Shown here in pieces: positions 1 to 8,768 of a DNA stretch of 64,000 bases; the stretch's first letter is position 1; every line of letters starts with the position of its first letter. A program made the position numbers and the translations under genes. The stretch is from the NCBI GenBank assembly GCA_963828465.1, contig CAWHEU010000027.1:1-64000 (forward strand), given 5' to 3'. Origin of the DNA: an uncultured Acidobacteriota bacterium. GTDB lineage: Bacteria; Actinomycetota; Acidimicrobiia; Spongiisociales; ZC4RG35. Under the pieces are notes generated by a model. It was not told the origin of the DNA. It did no database searches and saw nothing but the letters and a program-made list of their open reading frames with translations.

Positions 1-695
1 TGGCCGAGGCCACCTCCAACGCCCGGCTCCTGACCGTCTCATCGAACGTGGAGGAGGCAACCAGCTCGTCGACCAGACGCCACTCCAGAGGCGCGCTTGC
101 CCTTGATCCCCTCCTCCACCGTGCAGAACACATCGGCGCGATCGCGACGGACGTGCCGCTTGTCGATCAATCGGGTGAGGCCACCAGTCCCGGGCAAGAC
201 CCCGAGCAGCGGGACTTCGGGCAACGCAACCGACGACGAGCCGTCGTCGATGAGCATGATGTGGTCGGTGGCCAGGGCGAGCTCATAGCCGCCGCCGGCG
301 GCATTTCCCTTCAAGGCCGTGAGGTATCGCTGACCGGAGTTGGCGGTGGCGTCCTCGATGGCGTGGCGGGTCTCGTTGGTGAACTTGCAGAAGTTGACCT
401 TGAGCGGGTGCGGCGAGACGGAGAGCATTCCGATGTTGGCCCCGGCGCAGAAGACCCGGTCGTTCAGCGAGCCAATCACTACCGCCCCCACCTCCGGGTG
501 TTCGAAGCGGAGACGCTGCACCGCGTCCGCCAGTTCGATGTCCACGCCGAGGTCGTACGAGTTCAGCTTCATCTCGTAGCCCTCGTGGAGCCCGCCTGCC
601 GGGTCCACATCCATGTCGAGGAAGGCGACCGGCCCCTCGAAGCGGAGCCGCCAGTGGCGGTACCGGCCTGGATCGGTCTGGAAATCGATCACCAA
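1..695 (-). CDS. boxC: 2,3-epoxybenzoyl-CoA dihydrolase (benzoyl-CoA-dihydrodiol lyase), 5' part; runs off the left edge; apparent frameshift near nt 90
   Basis: Crotonase-type sequence with BoxC signatures: YRHWRL, KLNSYDLGVDIELADAVQRLRFEHPEV, FCAGANI, KVNFCKFTNETR, AGGGYELALA, LPEVPLLGVLPGTGGLTR. After KGKRA the expected LEWRLVDELV continues in another frame to the window edge. Confidence 0.93.
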
Positions 696-726
696 CCGAT
701 CCTACCCGACCGGTCAGTCAGTTGAC

Positions 727-1842
727 TCAGTAACCCCAGACGTCGTGAGCCACCTCGACAGTGCGAGCCAGCTTCCGCCATTGGTCGTCGGGGCTCAGCT
801 TGTTGCCGTGGACAGTGGACGAGAACCCACACTGATGACTCAAGGCGAGCTGGTCCAGCGGCACATATTCCGCCGCCTCCTCGATCCTCTTCTTGACCTC
901 GTCGGCGGGCTCGACGTCGGGAAGCTTCGAGCTCATCAACCCGAGGACCACCGTCTTGTTGGTCGGGACGAATCGGAGGGGTGCGAAGTCGCCGGAGCGC
1001 TCGTCGTCGTACTCGAGGAAGAAGGCGTCCACGTCCATCTCGTTGAACAGGATCTCTGCCACCGGCTCGTACCCGCCCTTGGTCACCCAGGCGCTCTGGA
1101 AATTGCCCCGACACAGATGGATCGCGGCGACCATGTCATCGGGGCGGCCCGAGAACGCGTCGCTGACGAGACGGCTGTAGAGACGGGTCAGGTCGTCCGG
1201 ATCGTCCCCCCTCGCAGCAGTCCGCTCCCGCACCTCCGGGTCGCAGAGATAGGCGAGGTTGGTGTCGTCCATCTGGATGTATCTGGCCCCTCTCGAGGCC
1301 AGGTCGGCGATCTCCTCCCGATAGGCGGCGGTGAGATCATCGAAGAACTGCTCGAGATCCGGGTAGACGTCCTTGCTGATCCCCTGCCGGCCACCCCGGA
1401 AATGCAACATCGACGGGGCAGGGATCGAGACCTTGGGAGTCTTGGTGACCTGGGACGCGAGATAGTCGAAATCCGGGCCCTGGATGGGCCGGGCGTGGCG
1501 GATCGGGCCGTCGACCCCCATCGTCGGCGGGGAGAACTCGATCTCGGAACCGTCCAGACGATGGAACCTGGCGAGGAAATTGCCCTCGGTGACCGTCACC
1601 CCATCCAATTGCTCCAGGAAGTCGACATGAAACATGAAGCGCCGGAATTCGCCGTCGGTGATGCCCTGCAGGCCGATGTCCTCCTGCTGTCGCACCACTT
1701 CGGCAATGGCTTCGTCTTCGACCTCTCTCAGCTCCTCAGCGCCGATATCGCCTTCGGCGCGTTGCGCCCGGGCGTCCACGACAGTCTTGGGCCGAAGGAA
1801 GCTGCCCACGTGGTCTGCTCGGAACGGCGGCCGGTCGCTCAT
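727..1842 (-). CDS. Cobalamin-independent methionine synthase C-terminal-domain-only protein (MetE-like, YxjG/YxjH type Zn thiol-alkyltransferase)
   Basis: PPFRADHVGSFLRP N-terminus, ITDGEFRR, and Zn-ligand motifs IHLCRGN, LEYD and HQCGF. At 371 aa it has only one barrel. Confidence 0.88.
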   Translation of the reverse strand: MSDRPPFRADHVGSFLRPKTVVDARAQRAEGDIGAEELREVEDEAIAEVVRQQEDIGLQGITDGEFRRFMFHVDFLEQLDGVTVTEGNFLARFHRLDGSEIEFSPPTMGVDGPIRHARPIQGPDFDYLASQVTKTPKVSIPAPSMLHFRGGRQGISKDVYPDLEQFFDDLTAAYREEIADLASRGARYIQMDDTNLAYLCDPEVRERTAARGDDPDDLTRLYSRLVSDAFSGRPDDMVAAIHLCRGNFQSAWVTKGGYEPVAEILFNEMDVDAFFLEYDDERSGDFAPLRFVPTNKTVVLGLMSSKLPDVEPADEVKKRIEEAAEYVPLDQLALSHQCGFSSTVHGNKLSPDDQWRKLARTVEVAHDVWGY

Positions 1843-1899
1843 GTCGTCTCCTTGCTCATCCGCGATGATTGCCGAGATTAACGCCCGGTATTTTGACGG

Positions 1900-3021
1900 T
1901 CATTGCCCGGTCCGGGATATCACAAAGGCCTCGTCGTTGAACCAAACCCCTTCGTATTCCTGGATGACTGCGCGGGTGGCCGGCACATAACGACCGCTTT
2001 CCACCGCCTCGGACAGCCGCTCCTCGTCGATCTGGGCTACGTAAGTCGCTGCGTTCCATGCAGCGACGATCAACGAGGTACCGATGTGCTCCTGCACCTC
2101 CGACGGCATGGCGTGCAGGTCGTAGCGAAACACCGCCTCCTCGTCGGACGCCGGCTCGAAAATGAGATCCTCGTCGCCGGGCTCGACGAAGTGATCCGCC
2201 GCGGCCGCCGCCAGGACGTGCCGGTTGGTCTGAAACGGGTTCTCCTCGGGCCAGACCCCATTGACGATCTCGAGGCCCGGGTCGTTTCCATGAGAGTGGA
2301 CCACCACCATCCGGCCACCCGGGGCGAGCACCCGCGCCAGGGGGACCACGACCGTCTTCATCTTCTGCTCGACGCTGGTGCGAGCCCGGTATGGCTGAGA
2401 GGCGATGATCAGCTGATAGCTCAGGCCCGGACCCGTGCCCCGTTTCGGTATCACATCGCCGAGGATGAATTCCCGGTCCTTTCGATAGAGGACCAGCACC
2501 GAGGGACGTACGTAAACGGGATTACCCGTCTTGGGGCTGGTGCGAACGGCCCAGTCGTCGGCCAGCGCGTCGTAGAGACCTCTGATCTGACGGGAGAAGT
2601 CGAATGCCGTCGTGCCTTCGAGAGGCACCGTCGTCCACGTCATCTCGGTTCCGGCCTCATCTCGTAGGGGAGTCAGGTGGGGGGCTTCGCGGTAGGACAT
2701 GTTCGTCACCACGAAGACCATCTCCGGGTGCTCGAGAAAGCGATCGGCCAGTTTGTCTAGTGAGATCCTCACGTCCTCGATGCTGATCTCCTTGCCCACT
2801 ATCAGCCAAGGGACGTGGGGAAAAGCTCGATGCAACCTGCGCAGCAGCTCGGTCAGGACCGTGGCATCGCCCATGCCGGCATCGAGCACCTGGAGCGCCT
2901 TGCTTCCCGGAGCGATCCGATCGAGCTCGGCTCCGATTCGCCCGGCCACGACAGGCTTCTCGTTGGTCGCGGTGCTGAACAGGAGGTAGGCGGCGCGGGA
3001 ATCGAAGAAGCGGGCCGTCAT
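1900..3021 (-). CDS. Conserved hypothetical protein with class I SAM-dependent methyltransferase-like fold
   Basis: Start MTARFFD at 3021 overlaps the dioxygenase stop (ATGA). Contains motif I-like LQVLDAGMGDATVL, acidic motif-II-like VGKEISIEDV, and LARVLAPGGRMVVV. Confidence 0.7.
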   Translation of the reverse strand: MTARFFDSRAAYLLFSTATNEKPVVAGRIGAELDRIAPGSKALQVLDAGMGDATVLTELLRRLHRAFPHVPWLIVGKEISIEDVRISLDKLADRFLEHPEMVFVVTNMSYREAPHLTPLRDEAGTEMTWTTVPLEGTTAFDFSRQIRGLYDALADDWAVRTSPKTGNPVYVRPSVLVLYRKDREFILGDVIPKRGTGPGLSYQLIIASQPYRARTSVEQKMKTVVVPLARVLAPGGRMVVVHSHGNDPGLEIVNGVWPEENPFQTNRHVLAAAAADHFVEPGDEDLIFEPASDEEAVFRYDLHAMPSEVQEHIGTSLIVAAWNAATYVAQIDEERLSEAVESGRYVPATRAVIQEYEGVWFNDEAFVISRTGQ

Positions 3022-3980
3022 CGATCCGTGGGATCGGAGACCGGTGGTGTGCCGTGGGTGTGAAACGACTCGATCGTCTTCAAACCCCAGGCCTGGCCCT
3101 TGGCCCGGTCGGCTTCGGTCCAGGTGATCAGCTCCCAGTCGGGCGCCAGGACCAATCGGGCCCCGGCGTTGACGATCTCGATCCGGTTGCCACCGGGCTC
3201 CCACACATAGAGGAAGAAGGTCTGCTGGATGGCGTGCTTGTGGGGGCCGGTCTCGATGAACACGCCATGCTCGAGGAAGATGTCAGCGGCCCGGAGGATG
3301 TCCTCACGCTGGTCGACCGCGAACGCAACGTGATGCAGACGGCCCGGGGTGCCGGTCCAGTCATTGGTGTAGACCACGTCATAGCCCTTGTTGGAGAAGG
3401 TCATCCAGATGGCTGCGATCGCCCCACTGTCGAGTTGGATCTGCTCGGTGGGGAGGGCTCCAAGGACGGGCACTACGAAGTCTCGGGTGCCCTCGACATC
3501 GGCCGCCAGGAAGTTGACATGGTCGAGGCGGCGCACGCCGACCCCATGGCTGGGCCGACGCTGGGCCTGGTTCTTGAGTGCGGGAACCGCGCCCTCCGGC
3601 GGGGTGTATCGCTCGGCTTCGAAGTAGATCTCCCAGTCGTGCCCGTCGGGGTCGGCGAAGGCATAGGTGGCCCCCCGACCCGGCTGGCCCTCGACCCAGC
3701 CCCTCCCCAGACCGGAGGCTTCGATCTCCTCCACCCGCCTGTGTAGAGCTTCCTCGTCGACTACCCGGACACCGACACGCCCGATGCCGGCCTCCGCTCT
3801 GGCGGTCAGCCTGAGGCTGAACCGCTCGTAGTCGTCCCAGGTGCGAAGGCACACAGTGTCGTTGGCCGTTTCGACGGGAGTCATCGAGAGAACATCGGTG
3901 AAGAAGCGGGCGCTCTCCTCGAAGGTCGGCGTGAACAGCTCGACGTATCCGAGCTGGGCGATGTCACGGTTCGACCGCAT
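3018..3980 (-). CDS. Type I (VOC) extradiol ring-cleavage dioxygenase, catechol 2,3-dioxygenase family
   Basis: Two VOC domains with metal/catalytic motifs RRLDHVN, LHHVAF and GPHKHAIQQTFFLYVWEPGGNRIE. Has an AAGGAG RBS. Confidence 0.9.
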   Translation of the reverse strand: MRSNRDIAQLGYVELFTPTFEESARFFTDVLSMTPVETANDTVCLRTWDDYERFSLRLTARAEAGIGRVGVRVVDEEALHRRVEEIEASGLGRGWVEGQPGRGATYAFADPDGHDWEIYFEAERYTPPEGAVPALKNQAQRRPSHGVGVRRLDHVNFLAADVEGTRDFVVPVLGALPTEQIQLDSGAIAAIWMTFSNKGYDVVYTNDWTGTPGRLHHVAFAVDQREDILRAADIFLEHGVFIETGPHKHAIQQTFFLYVWEPGGNRIEIVNAGARLVLAPDWELITWTEADRAKGQAWGLKTIESFHTHGTPPVSDPTDR

Positions 3981-4012
3981 CCGGCTCCTTCATGCCCATT
4001 TCTTACCCAGTT

Positions 4013-5023
4013 TCACTCATTTCGCCGTCGTATCAGATCCCCCAGGGTCGGGATGATGCCCCGGGGCACCCACAGGAACAGGGCGATGATGAGCGCCCCG
4101 TAGACCAACAAGCGGAGCTGGCCCAGATCTTGGATCAGCTCGTTGATGACGGTGAAGACAGCCGCGCCCAGAACGGGGCCGAAGAGAGTGCCGATGCCAC
4201 CGAAGGCCAGCATCACCATCGTCTCCACGTCGACCTGGGCAAACCCGTAGGTGGTGGGGCTGATCGTGCCCTCCGTGAAGGCGAAGAGCGATCCGGCCAG
4301 ACCCAGCATGGCGGCGCCGATCACGGCGGCAATGACCCGGTATCGAGCCACGTTCACTCCGGCCAGCTCGGCCGCGACCTCGTCGTCACGCAGGGCGCGG
4401 AAGGCCCAGCCGATGTGAGACCGCCGCAGCAGGCCGTGGGTCAACAGGAAGATGAGTACCAGCGCCAGCATCAGGTAATAGGGCGGGATCGTCTCCCGGA
4501 GGAAGGTGTCCGCTCCGGTCTGGATGTGAAAGCCGCCGTCGCCACCGGTCACGCCCGCGGCTCCGAGCAGGAGATTGCCGAACACCAGCGAGAAGATCAG
4601 GGTGATGATCCCGGTGAAGATCACGCCCAGCGAACGGCGGACTGCGATCCAGCTGAGCAGCCCGCCAAAGACGCTCGATGCCAGGGTGGCCAGCAGAATG
4701 CTCAGAAGTAGGGGCAGCCCCACCCTGTCGGCGAGGATGGCAGATCCATACCCCCCGATGCCCGCCAGGGCCCCGACGCACAGAAAGAGCTGTCCCGTGC
4801 TGCCGAAGATCAAGTTGAAGCCGACGGCGTAACAGGCGAAGGTCAGCCCGAGGACGGCCACGCCCATCATCACGCGGGAGTCGCCGAGCCAGAGCGGTAT
4901 CAGGGAGAGCAGAGCCCCGACCAGGGCGATCGGCCAGAGCAGCGCCAAGAGTGAGCGCGACGCCCGTTGCTCCGTCCCACCGACGACGGCGGTCCCGGTG
5001 CCCTCGGTGTAGTCCTCGATCAT
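4013..5023 (-). CDS. livM: Branched-chain amino acid (HAAT/LIV) ABC transporter permease, LivM-like
   Basis: Hydrophobic protein with GFNLIFGSTGQL, RALRDDEVAAELAGVN and GGIGTLFGPVLGA. Real start is MIEDY at 5023, coupled to the livH stop. Confidence 0.85.
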   Translation of the reverse strand: MIEDYTEGTGTAVVGGTEQRASRSLLALLWPIALVGALLSLIPLWLGDSRVMMGVAVLGLTFACYAVGFNLIFGSTGQLFLCVGALAGIGGYGSAILADRVGLPLLLSILLATLASSVFGGLLSWIAVRRSLGVIFTGIITLIFSLVFGNLLLGAAGVTGGDGGFHIQTGADTFLRETIPPYYLMLALVLIFLLTHGLLRRSHIGWAFRALRDDEVAAELAGVNVARYRVIAAVIGAAMLGLAGSLFAFTEGTISPTTYGFAQVDVETMVMLAFGGIGTLFGPVLGAAVFTVINELIQDLGQLRLLVYGALIIALFLWVPRGIIPTLGDLIRRRNE

Positions 5024-5877
5024 TCCTTGACTCCGAGAAGTCCCGAGGGCCGGATGAGAATGGTCACCGCTGCCGCAACGAGCAGGATGATCAGGGAAAG
5101 CACGGTGCCGATGGAGGAGGCGGCGAAAGTGCTGATGATCCCCAGGAGGATTCCGGCGAGGATGGCGCCCCCGACACTCCCCAACCCGCCCACCACGGTG
5201 ACGATCAGGGCGGAGACCGTCAGTTCGAAACCTGCCGTGACCGCGACAGGGGTCACCAAGGAGCGGGTCACCGCCACCAGTGCTGCCAGGACCCCGGTGA
5301 GGACCAGGATGAGGCGGAGCATCCGCTGAGGATCGATGCCGACCAGGCGCGCACCCTGCTCGTCCTCGATCACCGATCGGATCGCGCGACCGAGGGTGGT
5401 CTTGCGGAAGAAGAGGAGCAGGGCACTGAGTACCAGGATCGTGATCACCGAAGCCACCACACCACCCCTGACCATGCGCACCCCGAGTATCTCCACCGGG
5501 CCACCACCGATACGGAGCGTGAGCGCCTTGGTCGGGTATCGCCAGGTCAGGAACCCATCGACCATGAATGCCATGCCCAGGGTCAGAAGGAGACTGAGCA
5601 AGACCCGGGCCTCGCCCTGGAGGCGATAGACAGGTCGCAGGATGGTCAGGTCGAGCAGTAGCCCCAGTAGACCCCCGGCGACCAGACCTACAGCCACAGC
5701 CGGGATCGGGGCGAGGCCCGCCTCCATGGAAAGCACGACCGCCATCGCCGAGAGCACCGCCATCTGTCCGTACGCCAGATTGAGCACACCCCCAAGGCCA
5801 TAGACCAGGGTGAGCCCACCCGCGAGCAGCCCGAACTGGAGCCCGAGAACTATCCCATCGAGGAGGTTGGCGATCAC
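5020..5877 (-). CDS. livH: LIV-type ABC transporter permease, LivH-like
   Basis: GLTLVYGLGGVLNLAYG, GRAIRSV...GARLVGID, GGLGSVGGA, LIRPSGLLG. Confidence 0.88.
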   Translation of the reverse strand: MIANLLDGIVLGLQFGLLAGGLTLVYGLGGVLNLAYGQMAVLSAMAVVLSMEAGLAPIPAVAVGLVAGGLLGLLLDLTILRPVYRLQGEARVLLSLLLTLGMAFMVDGFLTWRYPTKALTLRIGGGPVEILGVRMVRGGVVASVITILVLSALLLFFRKTTLGRAIRSVIEDEQGARLVGIDPQRMLRLILVLTGVLAALVAVTRSLVTPVAVTAGFELTVSALIVTVVGGLGSVGGAILAGILLGIISTFAASSIGTVLSLIILLVAAAVTILIRPSGLLGVKE

Positions 5878-6573
5878 GCGATCCCCAGGTAGGAGCGACG
5901 CACGTCGGGGTCCTTCGCCAGATCAGCCGAGGTTCCTTCCTTGCTGATGACCCCGTTCTCGAGGACGTACCCCCGGTCACTCAGAGCCATTGCCAGCGGG
6001 ACCTGCTGCTCGGCAACCAGGACCGTCAGGCCATTTTCCTTGAGGGTCCTGAGCGCCTGATAGGCCTCGGCGGCCAGCTTCGGGGCCAATCCCGTCGTGG
6101 GCTCGTCCAGGACAAGGAGAAGAGGGCTCGGACATCAATGCCCGCCCTACCGCGAGCATCTGTTGCTCGCCCCCGCTCATGGTGCCGGCATGCTGGCGAC
6201 GCCGCTCGGCAAGACGGGGGAACAAGTCGAGCACCACCTTCATGGTCGTGGGGTCAGGACGGTTGGGGTAGGCGCCGAGCGCAAGATTGTCCTGGACAGT
6301 CATCCGGGGGAAGAGATGCCGCTCGGCAGGCACAAAGCTGATACCGAGCCGGGCGATGCGCTGTGCTGCCAACCCGCTGATGCCCTCGCCCTGAAAGGCC
6401 ACATCGCCTGAGGATGGCTGGAGCAGCCCGAGCACAGCCCGGAACAGCGAGGTCTTCCCGGCTCCATTCGAGCCGATGATCATCACCGCCTCGCCCTCGT
6501 CGACGTGAAAGCCGATGTCCCTGATGACATCGCCGCCCTGGTATCCGGCGGTCAGGCCCCGGACCTCAAGCAT
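5874..6573 (-). CDS. livF: LIV-type ABC transporter ATPase, LivF-like; frameshift near 6125
   Basis: Walker A GSNGAGKT and signature MSGGEQQMLAVGRALM. Walker B LDEPTTGLAP and the C-terminal AEQ...ALSDRGYVLENG are in another frame (ORF 5874..6089). Confidence 0.85.
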
Positions 6574-7309
6574 TGTTCACGTCTCCCGCGCCGAGATAGG
6601 CCTCGACCACGGCATCGTCACGCATCACCGTCTCAGCGGGGCCCTCCGCCAGGACACGTCCGAAGTTGAGCACTACCACCCGTTCCGCCAGCTGCATCAC
6701 TGCCTTCATGACGTGCTCCACCCACACGACGGTGATCCCAAACTGCTCGCGGATCGTCCGAACCATCTCGATGGACGCGCTCAGCTCGGCGTCGTTGAGC
6801 CCGGCCATCACCTCGTCGAGGAGGATCAGCCTGGGTTGGCCGGCCAGGGCCCGGGCCAGCTCGAGGAATCGCCGCTCGTGCAGATTCAGGGTGGCCACCT
6901 CGTCGCCATGGCGGCCACCGAGACCGACAATGGTCAGGATCTCCCTGCCCATGGCGAGCGCCTCGCTCTCGGAACGGCCGCCGACATCAGAGCCGAAGAT
7001 GGCCCCCAGGGTGGCGTTCTCGAGGACGCTCATGCTTGGAAAGACCCGGGGGGTCTGCTGGACCATGGCGATGCCCAGCCTGGAGACGGTGTGGGTCGGG
7101 TGACCGGATATCTGTCGACCGTCGAAGGTGATTCTCCCGCTGGTCGGGCGCTCCAGGCCCACGATCAGTTTGAGCAGTGTGCTCTTTCCCGCGCCATTGG
7201 GGCCGACGATGGCGAGGATCTCGCCATCGTCGACCCCAACGTTCACTCCGTCGACGGCCGGAAGGCCGCCAAAGTGCTTCCCGACCTCCTCGAGCTCGAG
7301 AAGAGGCAC
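6566..7309 (-). CDS. livG: LIV-type ABC transporter ATPase, LivG-like
   Basis: [42 protein letters not shown]. Confidence 0.9.
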   Translation of the reverse strand: MPLLELEEVGKHFGGLPAVDGVNVGVDDGEILAIVGPNGAGKSTLLKLIVGLERPTSGRITFDGRQISGHPTHTVSRLGIAMVQQTPRVFPSMSVLENATLGAIFGSDVGGRSESEALAMGREILTIVGLGGRHGDEVATLNLHERRFLELARALAGQPRLILLDEVMAGLNDAELSASIEMVRTIREQFGITVVWVEHVMKAVMQLAERVVVLNFGRVLAEGPAETVMRDDAVVEAYLGAGDVNNA

Positions 7310-7316
7310 CTGAGGT

Positions 7317-8630
7317 TCAGGACCCTGGCTGGTAAGGCTCCAGCGTCTCGGCCTGGGTCAGCCGCTCGACCCACCATTCTCCGGCCTCGTTCAAGCCTTC
7401 CGGGGCGGGGCCTTCGCTGATCGTGTTGACGGTGGGCGCCGATGACGCCAGCTCGCCCCACTCGGTCCAGCTCACCGGATGGGCGTAGCCCTCCAGGTCG
7501 TCATAGGTCTGGCCATGGAGGTACTCCGAGATCGCCACCGGGTCGTCCCCGGCGCTGGCGACCGCATCGGCCACCATGGTCACGATCCCGTGCCCGGCCA
7601 CGGCGTCATCCGACATGAAGACGTTGTCGGAGAACTCGAGATAACGCGGGGCGAGTGCGGCATAGCTTTCCCCCGTGTAATCGGCACAGGCAAAGTCGAC
7701 ATAGCGGCCGATGGCCAGGTCGGCGAGCCCTCCGACCGCCAGGTCGGGCGGGATCCAGGACCCGGTCACGGGCACGTCACCGATGAGGTCGGCCGACAAC
7801 GTGACGATGGCCGCGCTCCCTGGCGGATGGCCTGTTGCGATGACCATCTCGGCGCCGGCGTCGGCGATGTTCCGGACAAACGGGGTGAAATCGGTATCCG
7901 GGGGCACCGGAGCGACCTGGGTCTCACCGTAGGTGATGCCGGCGGCATCCAATGCGGGCTCTACAGCCGCGCGAAACGACTGGCCCCAGGGGTAGTCGGC
8001 GACGATGACCCCGACATTGGTCAGACCTTGCTCTTCGACATACTGGATGACGGGTGGAGCCGTCATCGGAGCTGCCGGTAGACAGGTACGGAACATGAAT
8101 CGGCTGTCCGCGGTCAGGGCCATCTCTGTGCCCGACTTGATCAGGAAAGTCGGTATCTGCAGCTCTTCGGCCAGGGGGCTGATGGTGCCTCCCACTGTGC
8201 TCGAGATGATGCCGCCGATGGCAACGACCCCTTGCTCGGCCAGGCGCTCATAACCTGACGTGCCGGCATCGGCATCGTTGGCCGAGTCCTCGACGACCAA
8301 CTCGATCATGCGTCCGTCGACCCCGCCTGCGGCGTTGATCTCCTCCGCGGCCAGCATCATCCCGTCACGGGCGTTGACGGCCCAGGGGGTGAAGCCGGTG
8401 AGATCGGTGAGAATCCCGATCATGATCGGCTCACCGGACGCTGCAGTCGTGTCAGGCGCAGCCTCCGTGGTGTCAGGAGCCGCCGTCGTAGCCGGGGCTT
8501 CTGTCGTTCCTGCTGTGGTTCCGGGAGCCGCTGTCGTGTCGGCTGCTCCATCCCCGTTACATGCAGCCCCTATCAGTGCAAGGACGGCAACTAGCGCGAG
8601 CAGTCTCACGCTCGGGCGATGGTTCCTCAT
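7317..8630 (-). CDS. LIV-family ABC substrate-binding lipoprotein with Thr/Ala/Pro-rich tether
   Basis: Lipobox IGAAC, TTAAPGTT-type linker, and IGILTDLTG...AAEEINAAGGVDGRMIELVVED periplasmic binding fold. Confidence 0.88.
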   Translation of the reverse strand: MRNHRPSVRLLALVAVLALIGAACNGDGAADTTAAPGTTAGTTEAPATTAAPDTTEAAPDTTAASGEPIMIGILTDLTGFTPWAVNARDGMMLAAEEINAAGGVDGRMIELVVEDSANDADAGTSGYERLAEQGVVAIGGIISSTVGGTISPLAEELQIPTFLIKSGTEMALTADSRFMFRTCLPAAPMTAPPVIQYVEEQGLTNVGVIVADYPWGQSFRAAVEPALDAAGITYGETQVAPVPPDTDFTPFVRNIADAGAEMVIATGHPPGSAAIVTLSADLIGDVPVTGSWIPPDLAVGGLADLAIGRYVDFACADYTGESYAALAPRYLEFSDNVFMSDDAVAGHGIVTMVADAVASAGDDPVAISEYLHGQTYDDLEGYAHPVSWTEWGELASSAPTVNTISEGPAPEGLNEAGEWWVERLTQAETLEPYQPGS

Positions 8631-8722
8631 CTCTCCTCCTCGTGCTCTGCCTAGGTGACCTTGGCGACACGCCGGCCCGATGATTCCGGGCGGGCATGAG
8701 TCACGGCTCGGGCCGCGGAGGC

Positions 8723-8749
8723 ACCCTAATCGTTCAGTGACACTGAACG
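8723..8749 (-). promoter_or_regulatory. Putative promoter -10 (TAGGGT) with an adjacent perfect 9-1-9 palindromic operator upstream of the ABC/dioxygenase/boxC operon
   Basis: CGTTCAGTG-A-CACTGAACG at 8731-8749. TAGGGT on the minus strand at 8728-8723. Confidence 0.6.
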
Positions 8750-8768
8750 CCTCGCCCCGAAGGTGTTT

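Noticed and set aside
1843-1899. Cobalamin or SAM riboswitch ahead of the MetE-like gene
   Set aside because: The gap is only 57 nt and has no B12-box or SAM aptamer motif.
5024-5980. Long N-terminal extension making a 655-aa livM ORF
   Set aside because: It overlaps livH in another frame and has Arg/Gly/Pro-rich non-coding composition. The true start at 5023 is coupled to the livH stop.
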